From a bacterium (GTDB lineage: Bacteria; Bacteroidota; Bacteroidia; Bacteroidales; FEN-979), in NCBI GenBank assembly GCA_037131065.1, contig JBAXRT010000003.1, positions 1 through 52,927 of the forward strand: a stretch of DNA of 52,927 nucleotides, written 5' to 3'. Shown in pieces: positions 37,571 to 46,664 of the stretch. Within the stretch, counting starts at the first letter, position 1; the number at the start of each line of letters is the position of its first letter. Both the position numbers and the translations under genes were made by a program. The notes under the pieces are model-generated. The model was not told the origin of the DNA, did not search any database, and saw nothing but the letters and a program-made list of their open reading frames with translations.

Positions 37571-39265
37571 TTAGTTTGCTGTGTCAATAAATCTCGTCTG
37601 GAATTCCTCCCATACCTCCGGTCCCATGTCGGCCAGGATGTGGTCCTTCATAGCGCCACCGTCCTGCAGCACTACGCTGGCGTACCCTGGAGTATTGCCC
37701 CTCAGCGTGATGGCGAGAAAATCCTTCAGGCGGGTGAACTCCTGGTTCAGCCAGGCCTTGTACTTGTCGGCCATGTTCATGAACTGGATCTCACGGAGCC
37801 AGTTCGACGGCTCAATGCGGTAGATCCAACCGTCGGCATAGGGTGAAGTGTTGAGGGCGGAAGAGTTTGCTGAAAGGGCACCGTTCGATTCCATGATTGT
37901 TCCCGTGATCGGGGAGTAGATGTTCAGCTGCTTTCCCTTCTGGATGATCGAGAGCACTATATCGCCCTTACGGACCTTTTCACCGGGATTCTTCATCTCG
38001 ATACGTGTGATCGGGCCGGTGATGTGCTGCAGGAAGTCGTCGATGCCTATCTTAACCTTCCCGTTCTCCTCCATGAAGGCCCAGGTATGACTCTTGTCGA
38101 AAAAGAGTCCTTTCGGGATTACCATCGAGTTCTCGTCGAAGATACCGTTGGCTTCAGCACTTCCCGGTTGCATGGAAGCCCTGTGGCCGCGTACGCGGCG
38201 CAGGACGAGGTCAACGATGATGCTCAGCACAAGGATCCCTGAAAAGATAAGGATCAGCAGCGTGGAGATGGGGATCCCGGCAAATTCACTGCCGCCGGCG
38301 ACTACCGCTGGACTCAGCCTGTTGACGGCCATCTGGCGCTCATTGTAGCCAAGATCGGAATATCCGAATGCTCCCAGGAAACGCTGCCCGTCGGTGAGGA
38401 GCCAGTTCATGAAAGCCACCTCAACCTCGCCCGAAGGTTCACTCGGGGCGACGGTGAAGATGTCACTGCTCAGGGCCTTCGGGAATTTTCCGATCCATAC
38501 CCCGCGGGTGAAGCTCTCGGGAGTGGCATAAATATCTTCCATATAATCAAGCCTGCCGTTTGCGTTCTTGTCGAGCGGCAATATTTTGATGTTTCCGGTA
38601 AATTTCCTGCCAGAGGGGTCAACAACACATGAAAGATTGCAGAATCCGATGGCATTGGGATCAGCCTGGATGGCTGCGATCATGTCGCGTTCGTTCATCG
38701 TCTTCAACCCGGCGATCTTCTCCTGGGCAACACCGGTGAACCTTGAAATACCATTTGAAACCAGCCCGTCGTCCGACATATAAAGATGGAGAGGGGAATC
38801 GTGGCGGCCCCCAAGGAGTGTTGTCCAGTTTTGGTTTGCCGGATCCTCCAGCAGCCTTTTCAGCGCATCGGAGGAGACCCCCTGCTTCATGATCTCGGCC
38901 AGGTAGGGATTTTCCTGGTTGATAACCGGCACCACAACGTCGCGGCCAACGACAAGCCTCCAGATCTGGTCATCCTTCACCGTGGAGTAATATCCGGCTG
39001 AGATAATGCTGATGTTTTTTTCGGACCGAAGGATCTTTTCGGGATTATTGTCGGTAATGTCGCTAACCTTGACCGTTGCCTGCGGGTTTACCCTTGAGAA
39101 CTCGGCTGCCCACCGGGAGGAGAGGTCAAACAGGTCGGGAGAGGTGTAAACGACGATGGAACCCGAGAGAGTGGATTGAACTTTCAGCCGGGTATCATCT
39201 GCGCGTAAAGAATTGCCGCTGAGAATGATGAACAGGCCGATTAAGATTGTGATACTGGTTTTCAT
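37571..39265 (-). CDS. PstS-like periplasmic binding domain + TM + cytoplasmic GcvH-like domain fusion
   Basis: Signal peptide from ATG 39265; WAAEF...P, VGRDVVVPVIN, DPNAIGF, FMNWLLTDGQ; TM; HTWA..KIGIDDF, IYSPITG, SPYADGW, LQDGG. Confidence 0.82.
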   Translation of the reverse strand: MKTSITILIGLFIILSGNSLRADDTRLKVQSTLSGSIVVYTSPDLFDLSSRWAAEFSRVNPQATVKVSDITDNNPEKILRSEKNISIISAGYYSTVKDDQIWRLVVGRDVVVPVINQENPYLAEIMKQGVSSDALKRLLEDPANQNWTTLLGGRHDSPLHLYMSDDGLVSNGISRFTGVAQEKIAGLKTMNERDMIAAIQADPNAIGFCNLSCVVDPSGRKFTGNIKILPLDKNANGRLDYMEDIYATPESFTRGVWIGKFPKALSSDIFTVAPSEPSGEVEVAFMNWLLTDGQRFLGAFGYSDLGYNERQMAVNRLSPAVVAGGSEFAGIPISTLLILIFSGILVLSIIVDLVLRRVRGHRASMQPGSAEANGIFDENSMVIPKGLFFDKSHTWAFMEENGKVKIGIDDFLQHITGPITRIEMKNPGEKVRKGDIVLSIIQKGKQLNIYSPITGTIMESNGALSANSSALNTSPYADGWIYRIEPSNWLREIQFMNMADKYKAWLNQEFTRLKDFLAITLRGNTPGYASVVLQDGGAMKDHILADMGPEVWEEFQTRFIDTAN

Positions 39266-39347
39266 AGCTTCATTTTTTATCATTATAGTATATTGGGAAT
39301 CATTTGATGGAGATTTTCGTTCTGTTGATTTCTGCAACACTTTCTAT

Positions 39348-39364
39348 TACAATAAAGGTGCCAA
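39348..39364 (-). promoter_or_regulatory. Candidate sigma-54 -24/-12 promoter
   Basis: Minus strand TTGGCACCTTTATTGTA; correct GG-N10-G spacing, with GT instead of GC at -12. Confidence 0.7.
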
Positions 39365-39510
39365 ACTCGAAATCCTATTGTAATAAACTAAATAACAAAT
39401 ATATACCAACATATATGGTTTTTGTGAAAAATTACATAATATGATTAAAAATTCAACACAAAATTTTGAAATATGAATTAAATGATTATAAATCAGTATA
39501 TTTAACATTG

Positions 39511-39548
39511 GTGTATAAAAAATCAACAAGTGTTGAAAATATATACAC
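39511..39548. promoter_or_regulatory. Candidate enhancer (UAS): two TGT-N11-ACA boxes in dyad arrangement
   Basis: GTGTATAAAAAATCAACA-AG-TGTTGAAAATATATACAC, about 150-185 bp upstream of the -24 box. Confidence 0.55.
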
Positions 39549-39632
39549 AATATCTATTGTATTCTGTTTTGCCTTTTGTGTTAAAGAATGTTAAAAACAC
39601 GCTAACTTTATTCCCTTAAATTCCATTTTGAA

Positions 39633-42524
39633 ATGAAAAAAATTCTTAAGATCTCTGCCATCACCTTCGGGGTGATTCTCTTCCTTCTGCTTGCGCTCCT
39701 CCTCACACCATTGCTATTTAAAGATAAAGTAGCCGAAGTCCTTAAGAACACCGCAAACAAATCGCTGCGAACCGAAGTGAATTTCTCCGGGATGGAGCTC
39801 TCATTCTTCCGCCACTTTCCCAACCTTACCGTCACACTCTCTGACCTAACCTTGAAGGCCTCCGCACCATTTACCGGTGATACGCTCATTGCAGCCCGCG
39901 ACATCTCTTTCGGGATTAATCTTAAAAGTCTCATAAAAGGCCCCATCGAGATCACACGTGTATATATAAACAAGGGAAAGATCATTCTGCAGTATAACGA
40001 AAAGGGAGCCTCCTCCTTCGACATCTTCCCGCCCTCTTCCTCCGATACCGCAAGCACAGACACTACAACCGGCATTGCGAAGTTCCAGGTCGAGAGTATC
40101 GCCTTCATCAAGACCGACTTCATCTATTCCGACCCCTCAATCCCACTCAAGGTGGTTGCCCATGGCATCAACTACCATGGCAAGAGCCTTCTTACCAACG
40201 ACATCCTCCGGCTCACCTCCCGGGTGCAGATCGATTCGCTCGACTGCATTTATAACCGTGTAGCCTTCATCAGGTCGAAACCGGTGCGAGCAAACCTCTC
40301 CACCCGCATCAACCTCAACTCATTCGAGATGAAGTTCGACAAGAACGATTTCTATATCAGGGATGTCCCCTTCGAATTCCGCGGGGAGTTCTCCTTCCGC
40401 AAAAAGGGGTACGACCTCTTTCTCTCCCTTTTCTCCATGCTGGGCGAGGAATACATCAGCGGCTCGGTAAGGCTCATCAGCGAGGAGAACCTCTGGCTCT
40501 TCGTCAAGACGGACATCAACCTCAACCTGGAACCCTGGAGCAAAGCCCTGGGCGTAAGCGACGTGGAACTCCGGGGACTCTTTTCGATGAAACTTAATGC
40601 CGAAGGGGAGTTCCGCACAGGGCAGAACCCTGACAGCCGCGAGCCCGACACCATCCCATTATCCATTCCCAATTTCACCCTCAACTCGAAACTGGTTAAC
40701 GGGTACTTCCATTATAAAAAGCTGCCCGAAGCCCTCACCGGGATCTCCTTTGTCCTCGACCTTTCAACAACGGGGAATGATTACAACAACCTGAAGATCC
40801 AACTTGAGGACCTGAAAGCCGGTTTCATGAAGAACAAGATTGAAGGCTTCTTTCGTCTCGACGGATTCAGGGATCTGCCAATCGAAGCCAATCTCTTTAC
40901 CACGGTGAACCTGGAAGAGCTGCGCCGGGTGATCCCCCTCGACAGCATCGATCTGAAAGGCATGCTCGAGCTGAACCTGTTTGCAAAGGGAAAGTATGCC
41001 CCAGAGAAGAAACTTTTCCCCGAAACACGGCTTTCCCTGAACATGACCGGAGGATCCATCCTCACGAAATATTATTCCCGTCCGGTGGAGAAGATCGAAG
41101 TATCGGCCACCGTCACCAACAACACAGGGAAGGTCGACGATACCAAGGTATCCATCGCAAAGGCTGGTTTCTCTTTTGAAAACAACCCTTTTGAGCTTAG
41201 AGGGGAGATCGCCAACCCGGAGAATCTCCGTTACGACCTGACCTCGAAAGGATCAATCGACCTGGCCCGGATCTACAAGCTCTTTGCCATGACCGGCATG
41301 GACCTGAAGGGTTACATTGGCACCGACCTTGCCCTGAAGGGTCGCCAGAGCGATGCATTGGCCGGGCGCATCGAAAAGCTCCACAACATGGGGAAGCTGG
41401 TACTCCGCGATATCGACTTTACTTCGGAATTCCTGCCAAAGCCACTGGTCCTCAAGTCGGGGATCTTCCGCTTCGAGAACGACAAAATCTGGTTCGAGAA
41501 GTTCAAAGCCCGCTACGGCGCCTCCGACATCACCCTCGACGGCTACCTCTCCAACATCGTGAACTATCTTCTTGCGAAGGAGCAGCCACTGAAGGGCAGC
41601 CTCACCTTTAAATCCGACTACCTCCTCGTGGATGAGTTCGAATCCCCGGCAGGGGCAGGAACAACGGTTGTTTCCGAAGAAACTGCGGGACCTTCAGGCG
41701 TCATCGTGATCCCGAAAGAGCTGGAAGTGGCCCTCAATGCCAAAATGAAGCGAGTCAGTTTCCGGAAACTGGAGCTGAAGGATCTCGCTGCCAGGGTGGA
41801 GGTAAAGAAAGGAATGCTCCTCCTCAAGGATATGAACTTTGAAGCGGCCGGGTGCAAAGTGGGCATGGAAGCCACCTATACAAGTATCACACCAGTGAAA
41901 GCCTTTTTCGACTTTACCGTCAAGGCGCAGGATTTCGATGTGAAACGGGCGTACAACGAGGTGGAGCTCTTCCGTAAGCTCTCCACAGTCGCTGGGAAAT
42001 GTGAAGGAATTATCTCTCTGGACTATGCCCTCAAAGGACAGATTGGTCCCGGGATGGGCCCGATCTATCCCTCGCTGGAGGGTGGGGGCGTGGTCACACT
42101 GAAAAAGGTGAAAGTGATGGGATACAAGATGCTTAACGCCATGGGCAGCAACCTTGGCAAGGAGAAGATAAAAAATCCCGAACTCACGAAAGTCGAACTA
42201 AAGACCACGATAAAGAACAATATCATAACCCTTGAAAAGGTGAAGATCAAAATGTCGGGTTTCCGCCTGAGGATCGCCGGGGAGACTAGCTTTGACGGTG
42301 GTCTCAACTTCAAAGCCCGGCTGGGGCTCCCGCCGCTTGGGATCATCGGCATCCCGATGCGCATTCTCGGAACCCAGGAGAACCCGAAGTTCAAATATGG
42401 CCACGGGAACCAGGATGAAGATCTCGACGAGAGCGTCTATACCGATGAGATCCCGCAGGAGATGATGGATAAGATCAAAAATGCGAAGGAGGAGGATCTC
42501 AAGGAAGATCCGGACCAGCAGTAG
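39633..42524 (+). CDS. AsmA family protein
   Basis: N-terminal TM, LSFFRHFPNLTVTLSD, long beta-rich body, AsmA-type C-terminus (IAGETSFDG, ILGTQENP). Confidence 0.85.
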   Translation: MKKILKISAITFGVILFLLLALLLTPLLFKDKVAEVLKNTANKSLRTEVNFSGMELSFFRHFPNLTVTLSDLTLKASAPFTGDTLIAARDISFGINLKSLIKGPIEITRVYINKGKIILQYNEKGASSFDIFPPSSSDTASTDTTTGIAKFQVESIAFIKTDFIYSDPSIPLKVVAHGINYHGKSLLTNDILRLTSRVQIDSLDCIYNRVAFIRSKPVRANLSTRINLNSFEMKFDKNDFYIRDVPFEFRGEFSFRKKGYDLFLSLFSMLGEEYISGSVRLISEENLWLFVKTDINLNLEPWSKALGVSDVELRGLFSMKLNAEGEFRTGQNPDSREPDTIPLSIPNFTLNSKLVNGYFHYKKLPEALTGISFVLDLSTTGNDYNNLKIQLEDLKAGFMKNKIEGFFRLDGFRDLPIEANLFTTVNLEELRRVIPLDSIDLKGMLELNLFAKGKYAPEKKLFPETRLSLNMTGGSILTKYYSRPVEKIEVSATVTNNTGKVDDTKVSIAKAGFSFENNPFELRGEIANPENLRYDLTSKGSIDLARIYKLFAMTGMDLKGYIGTDLALKGRQSDALAGRIEKLHNMGKLVLRDIDFTSEFLPKPLVLKSGIFRFENDKIWFEKFKARYGASDITLDGYLSNIVNYLLAKEQPLKGSLTFKSDYLLVDEFESPAGAGTTVVSEETAGPSGVIVIPKELEVALNAKMKRVSFRKLELKDLAARVEVKKGMLLLKDMNFEAAGCKVGMEATYTSITPVKAFFDFTVKAQDFDVKRAYNEVELFRKLSTVAGKCEGIISLDYALKGQIGPGMGPIYPSLEGGGVVTLKKVKVMGYKMLNAMGSNLGKEKIKNPELTKVELKTTIKNNIITLEKVKIKMSGFRLRIAGETSFDGGLNFKARLGLPPLGIIGIPMRILGTQENPKFKYGHGNQDEDLDESVYTDEIPQEMMDKIKNAKEEDLKEDPDQQ

Positions 42525-42530
42525 GCCTGG

Positions 42531-43079
42531 TTATAAGTATTTGTTGAACGAGCAGATCTGCTCCGTCGGTTTGCGAATCTTCTGCCGGATGTCGCTTTTG
42601 GCGGGATAACCCAGCGAAATGATCAGTTCAGCCCGCTTCTTTTTCGGGATCCCCAGCAGTTCTTTTACCTTAGGTTCGTCGAACCATCCCATGATGCAGG
42701 TGCCGAGACCCTCTTCGGTGGCCTGGAGGCAGAAATGTTCGGCCGCGATCCCCACATCCATCAGGGTATAGGGCTTGTCCTTGAGCACCGTTCCCAGCTT
42801 CGAGGTAAGGTTGGGCTCTTCGCGCACCAGCACGACCAGCACCGGCACCTGGCTGGTGAATTTGTTGAAGCCAAGCAACTTTGAGGTGGCCGCCTCAGCG
42901 ACTTTGTTTTTCAGTTCCGGGTCGGTCACCACCACGATCTTCCATGGCTGGGCGTTGCACGCCGACGGGGCCAGGCGCAGCGCCTCGATGCACCGGTCGA
43001 TCTTCTCCGCCTCCACAGGCCGGGTGGGGTCATACGCACGGGTGCTTTGTCGTTTTGATATTAGTTCAAGAAAAGTCAT
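42531..43079 (-). CDS. Nitroreductase family protein
   Basis: KRQSTRAY, LAPSACNAQPW, DVGIA, GLGTCIMG, LGYP. Confidence 0.93.
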   Translation of the reverse strand: MTFLELISKRQSTRAYDPTRPVEAEKIDRCIEALRLAPSACNAQPWKIVVVTDPELKNKVAEAATSKLLGFNKFTSQVPVLVVLVREEPNLTSKLGTVLKDKPYTLMDVGIAAEHFCLQATEEGLGTCIMGWFDEPKVKELLGIPKKKRAELIISLGYPAKSDIRQKIRKPTEQICSFNKYL

Positions 43080-43095
43080 AGAGCAAAATTAAAGT

Positions 43096-43130
43096 AAATC
43101 TGAAATCTGAAATCCGAAATCTGAAATCAG
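43096..43130. repeat. Heptamer tandem repeat (AAATCTG-like x5)
   Basis: aaatctg aaatctg aaatccg aaatctg aaatcag, between divergent -7 boxes (43084-43091 minus, 43145-43152 plus). Confidence 0.8.
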
Positions 43131-43388
43131 AAAGTTAATTTTTTTATATTTGATCCTTCATCACACCTAACCCAACTGTATATATTCCATCCATTCACTT
43201 CATCCCCCATCTCCCATCCCCTATCACGAATGACAAATGACCAATAACCAACATCCAATGACCAAGCCCCTGGTACCAGCCACTTTTTACCCATCATCGT
43301 TACCGGGGAATGAACTGTCCGGTCAAAGATTTACTGCAATAGTCGAAAACTCATATGAAAGTAGTTTATCCAAGCTTAACATCCTGAT

Positions 43389-44507
43389 ATGAAAACATTT
43401 TTGATATTTCTCATGTTTATCGCAGGATTAAACCCGACACTCCGGGCACAGCAGAAGAATCCTCAGGGCGACACGGTTAAAACCAGCAAAACAGGAATAT
43501 TGGTCGTAACGACAACCGTTGATCTGCAGGAAAACAGGGAGAAACCAGGGAACATCACAGGATCCGCAGATAAACAGGTGGCTGCATTGATTTTTCCCAT
43601 GGTTGATTCGATCGCCTCCCTGCGTCCGAAGCGAACCTCAAATCTTGTAGTGGTGGGCGATTACATTGTTTTAAGGATAGATAACAGGAACAGGTTTGAA
43701 GCCTTGCGCGATTCGCTGAAACGATCCAACCCGAAGGACTCAGTCAATGTGGTGATTCTTTATATCGACGGTAAACCCATCCCGGAAATCAGGGCAAACG
43801 AAAATCCGCAGTCGGGTGAATTTGTTTTTTACCTCGACAGGGATTCAAAAACGCTGCGCTCCTTCAATCCCTATTTCCCTTCGATGTTTTCGACCTGCAA
43901 CTTTAAATTCTCCCTTGGATTCAGGAATGGTCCGGTATTGCCGAACCGGGAGGGTTACCGGGGGACGACCGTCAGGATTTTGAGTGTCAGCGCCCTGGTT
44001 TCGGCCATCCTGCTGGTGGTGATCATCCTCGGGATCGTCGTCTTCCTGTCGCACAAAACCGACCTCATCCGCATCGGCGATAATAAAAGTCAGTTCAGCC
44101 TCGGACTCACGCAACTGATCTTCTGGACAGTGATCATCGCTTCATCCTATTTTTATCTATGGATCCTGAACAAAGAACCGGTCAGCATGGCGGATGGCAC
44201 TCTGATACTGCTTGGGATCAGTATTGCGACAACGACCGGATCAAAGCTTGTCGATTTCCGGCGTAAAACTCCCGTTCCCGTTCAGGTACCTTCGCGCGGA
44301 TTCTGGACCGACATTGCCTCGGATTCGCTGGGTTTTAGCGTACACAGGTGTCAAATGATCCTGTGGACGATCATTCTTTCGATCGTCTTCATCCAGAACG
44401 TGATCGTTCAACAGAAGATCCCCGACCTTGACCCGACCCTGCTTGCCCTGATGGGCATAAGTTCAGCCGGGTTCGTCGGACTAAAAACCATGGAAAATAA
44501 AGAATAA
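43389..44507 (+). CDS. Hypothetical membrane protein with an internally duplicated TM module
   Basis: Signal peptide; SLGLTQLIFWT..LILLGIS repeated as SVHRCQMILWT..LLALMGIS. Confidence 0.75.
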   Translation: MKTFLIFLMFIAGLNPTLRAQQKNPQGDTVKTSKTGILVVTTTVDLQENREKPGNITGSADKQVAALIFPMVDSIASLRPKRTSNLVVVGDYIVLRIDNRNRFEALRDSLKRSNPKDSVNVVILYIDGKPIPEIRANENPQSGEFVFYLDRDSKTLRSFNPYFPSMFSTCNFKFSLGFRNGPVLPNREGYRGTTVRILSVSALVSAILLVVIILGIVVFLSHKTDLIRIGDNKSQFSLGLTQLIFWTVIIASSYFYLWILNKEPVSMADGTLILLGISIATTTGSKLVDFRRKTPVPVQVPSRGFWTDIASDSLGFSVHRCQMILWTIILSIVFIQNVIVQQKIPDLDPTLLALMGISSAGFVGLKTMENKE

Positions 44508-44522
44508 TTGTTGAAAGGCGAA

Positions 44523-45284
44523 ATGAAACAGTGGTACCAACAACTCTTCGAAAACTACGCCCATAAATACGACAGCGAAAGCTTTATCAGAGGCACCATC
44601 GGCGAGTGTGATTTTATTGAAAAGGAGATCGGTTTTAATAAAAATGTCCGGATCCTTGATATCGGGTGCGGTACCGGGCGTCATGACATCGAACTTGCAA
44701 AGCGCGGATATCAGGTGACCGGGGCGGATCTGTCGGAAGGGATGCTGGCGCGGGCAAGGGAAAAAGCTGCAGAGGCCGGAGTGTCTATCGATTTCCGGAT
44801 GGGGGATGCGAGATGCCTTGACTTTAAAAACGAATTTGACCTTGTGATCATGCTCTGTGAGGGAGGCTTCCCGTTGATGGAGACCGACGAGATGAATTTC
44901 AATATTCTGAAAAGCGCCTCCAATGCCTTAAAGGAGAAAGGAAAGCTGATTTTCACCACGCTGAACGGACTCTTCCCGCTTTATCATTCGGTAAAGGATT
45001 TTCTGGAATCCGCGGCTAAAGAGGACCAGGCGACATACCATGAGAACCACTTCGACCTGATGACCTTCCGTGACACCAGCATTACAAAACTTACCGACGA
45101 CAGCGGAAATGAACTGGAGCTTGCGACCAGCGAGCGCTACTATGTACCGAGCGAGATCACCTGGCTGCTGAAGTCGCTCGGCTTTGCAACGGTTGATATT
45201 TACGGTGCAAAACTAGGCGCCTTCAGCCGGAATGACAAACTCACCACCGATGATTTTGAGATGCTGGTAATCGCTGAAAAATGA
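44523..45284 (+). CDS. Class I SAM-dependent methyltransferase
   Basis: ILDIGCGTGRH, GADLSEGML, GDAR, FDLVIML. Confidence 0.9.
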   Translation: MKQWYQQLFENYAHKYDSESFIRGTIGECDFIEKEIGFNKNVRILDIGCGTGRHDIELAKRGYQVTGADLSEGMLARAREKAAEAGVSIDFRMGDARCLDFKNEFDLVIMLCEGGFPLMETDEMNFNILKSASNALKEKGKLIFTTLNGLFPLYHSVKDFLESAAKEDQATYHENHFDLMTFRDTSITKLTDDSGNELELATSERYYVPSEITWLLKSLGFATVDIYGAKLGAFSRNDKLTTDDFEMLVIAEK

Positions 45285-45348
45285 ACGTGAAATATTTTCC
45301 GACATGTTACAAGGATTCTTCGATCCGGAAAATTTTTAAGTACCTGAC

Positions 45349-46656
45349 TCAAATCTCTACCACTTCTCCATTTTTAACCAGCCTGACATTCACATCGGGA
45401 AAAATTTTCTGATAAGCCGCCCCATTGAAAGTGTGAATTGGAACCAGGCTTTTAGGGCGAATGGCATCAACCATCCGCTTAAGGGTCTCTTCATCGGCAT
45501 GACCGCTTGTATGGAGATTGTGTATGGACAATCCACGGCTTGCAAGATAATCGACGAAAACCCGGGTTTTATCCTCTTGCAGATATCCTTCCCACATAGA
45601 GTAGATGAACCGGCCTCCTTCAATATTCTTCAGATAATGGATATCCTTTTGCATCGAGGGGCGGACAATCATTACGATCTTTTCTGGATTTGAACGGATC
45701 TCGTTTTTGGTTATTTTATATTTCGAGAACCGGTATAATAGCATAGGTTTTCCTTGTCCGAGGATCATTTTTGCAAGCCGGAATGGAAAGAACACACGGA
45801 TTTCCGGAAAGGTGCTTGATGGAAAGGGTAGGCTGTTGAAAATGGAAAGTTCCTTCAAAACATTGGCGATGTAAAAATCGACAGCAAGGATTTTTTGTGC
45901 TCTCTTGCAGGCTTTGTAAACAGAGACAATTCTGTCGATGTTCTGTCCGGAGGTGTAGATAAATGTAATTCCTTTATTCTCGCGAAAATGGTTTTCAAAC
46001 TCCGATTCAATCTCTTCTTCTGATTTGAATTTCCCGGTTGGTCTTCCAATCGTTGTTCCTTCCATCAGAAGGTAGTCGATATTTTGCTCAATATGATGAG
46101 TGAACCAGTCAAAAACCTTCGCTTTGCGCCCATGATGTCGGAAATCACCACTGTAGAACAGTGTTCTTCCATTTGATTTTACGAGGAAGGCGTAAGCATC
46201 AAAGGCAGAATGATCCATCAGGTAGGGAGTGAACTCAAGATCACCTATCATGAAGGGTTCTCCTGACTTGAAATGGTGGAAATGATTAATGTTCCAACTG
46301 CCATGTGAAAAGGTCCCTGTCAGATCGATCAATTTATGAGTTGCTGCGCCAAGGTAAAACTTGCAATCCCGGTGTATGAACCCGGCCAGACCGAAGTGGT
46401 CCTGATGAGCATGAGAAAGAACCACCCCAAACTCCTTTTCTCCTTTTGCGATGAATAATCCAGGGATATCAGGTAAAACGCCAGTGGCAATCAATTGTTC
46501 CTTCGACAGATTTGAAATTGATGAAGAGTCGAATTTTGATTTATCAGGATTTACCAGAGGCATCCCGATATCAAGAACAACATGACCGGTTTCGGTCCAG
46601 ATTTCAATGCACGTACCGCCAATTTCGTTTGCGCCCCGATGTATTTTAAAATGCAT
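45349..46656 (-). CDS. MBL-fold beta-CASP (RNase J-like) metallo-hydrolase
   Basis: GANEIGG, SHAHQDH, DHS, YSGDFR, MEGT, HTSGHA, PIHT. Confidence 0.88.
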   Translation of the reverse strand: MHFKIHRGANEIGGTCIEIWTETGHVVLDIGMPLVNPDKSKFDSSSISNLSKEQLIATGVLPDIPGLFIAKGEKEFGVVLSHAHQDHFGLAGFIHRDCKFYLGAATHKLIDLTGTFSHGSWNINHFHHFKSGEPFMIGDLEFTPYLMDHSAFDAYAFLVKSNGRTLFYSGDFRHHGRKAKVFDWFTHHIEQNIDYLLMEGTTIGRPTGKFKSEEEIESEFENHFRENKGITFIYTSGQNIDRIVSVYKACKRAQKILAVDFYIANVLKELSIFNSLPFPSSTFPEIRVFFPFRLAKMILGQGKPMLLYRFSKYKITKNEIRSNPEKIVMIVRPSMQKDIHYLKNIEGGRFIYSMWEGYLQEDKTRVFVDYLASRGLSIHNLHTSGHADEETLKRMVDAIRPKSLVPIHTFNGAAYQKIFPDVNVRLVKNGEVVEI

Positions 46657-46664
46657 GGTTTAGA

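Noticed and set aside
34635-39265. A true glycine cleavage system or a Pst phosphate transporter
   Set aside because: No gcvP/T/L or pstCAB; the domains are membrane-fused and lack canonical motifs
43096-43265. CRISPR array
   Set aside because: Units are 7 bp and contiguous, with no spacers and no cas genes
43258-43392. 44-codon ORF ending in an ATGA overlap with the 43389 gene
   Set aside because: No motif or other support; could arise by chance
45294-45333. Inverted repeat ATTTTCCG/CGGAAAAT at the island edge as terminator or att site
   Set aside because: 24-nt loop, and no matching repeat noticed at the other end
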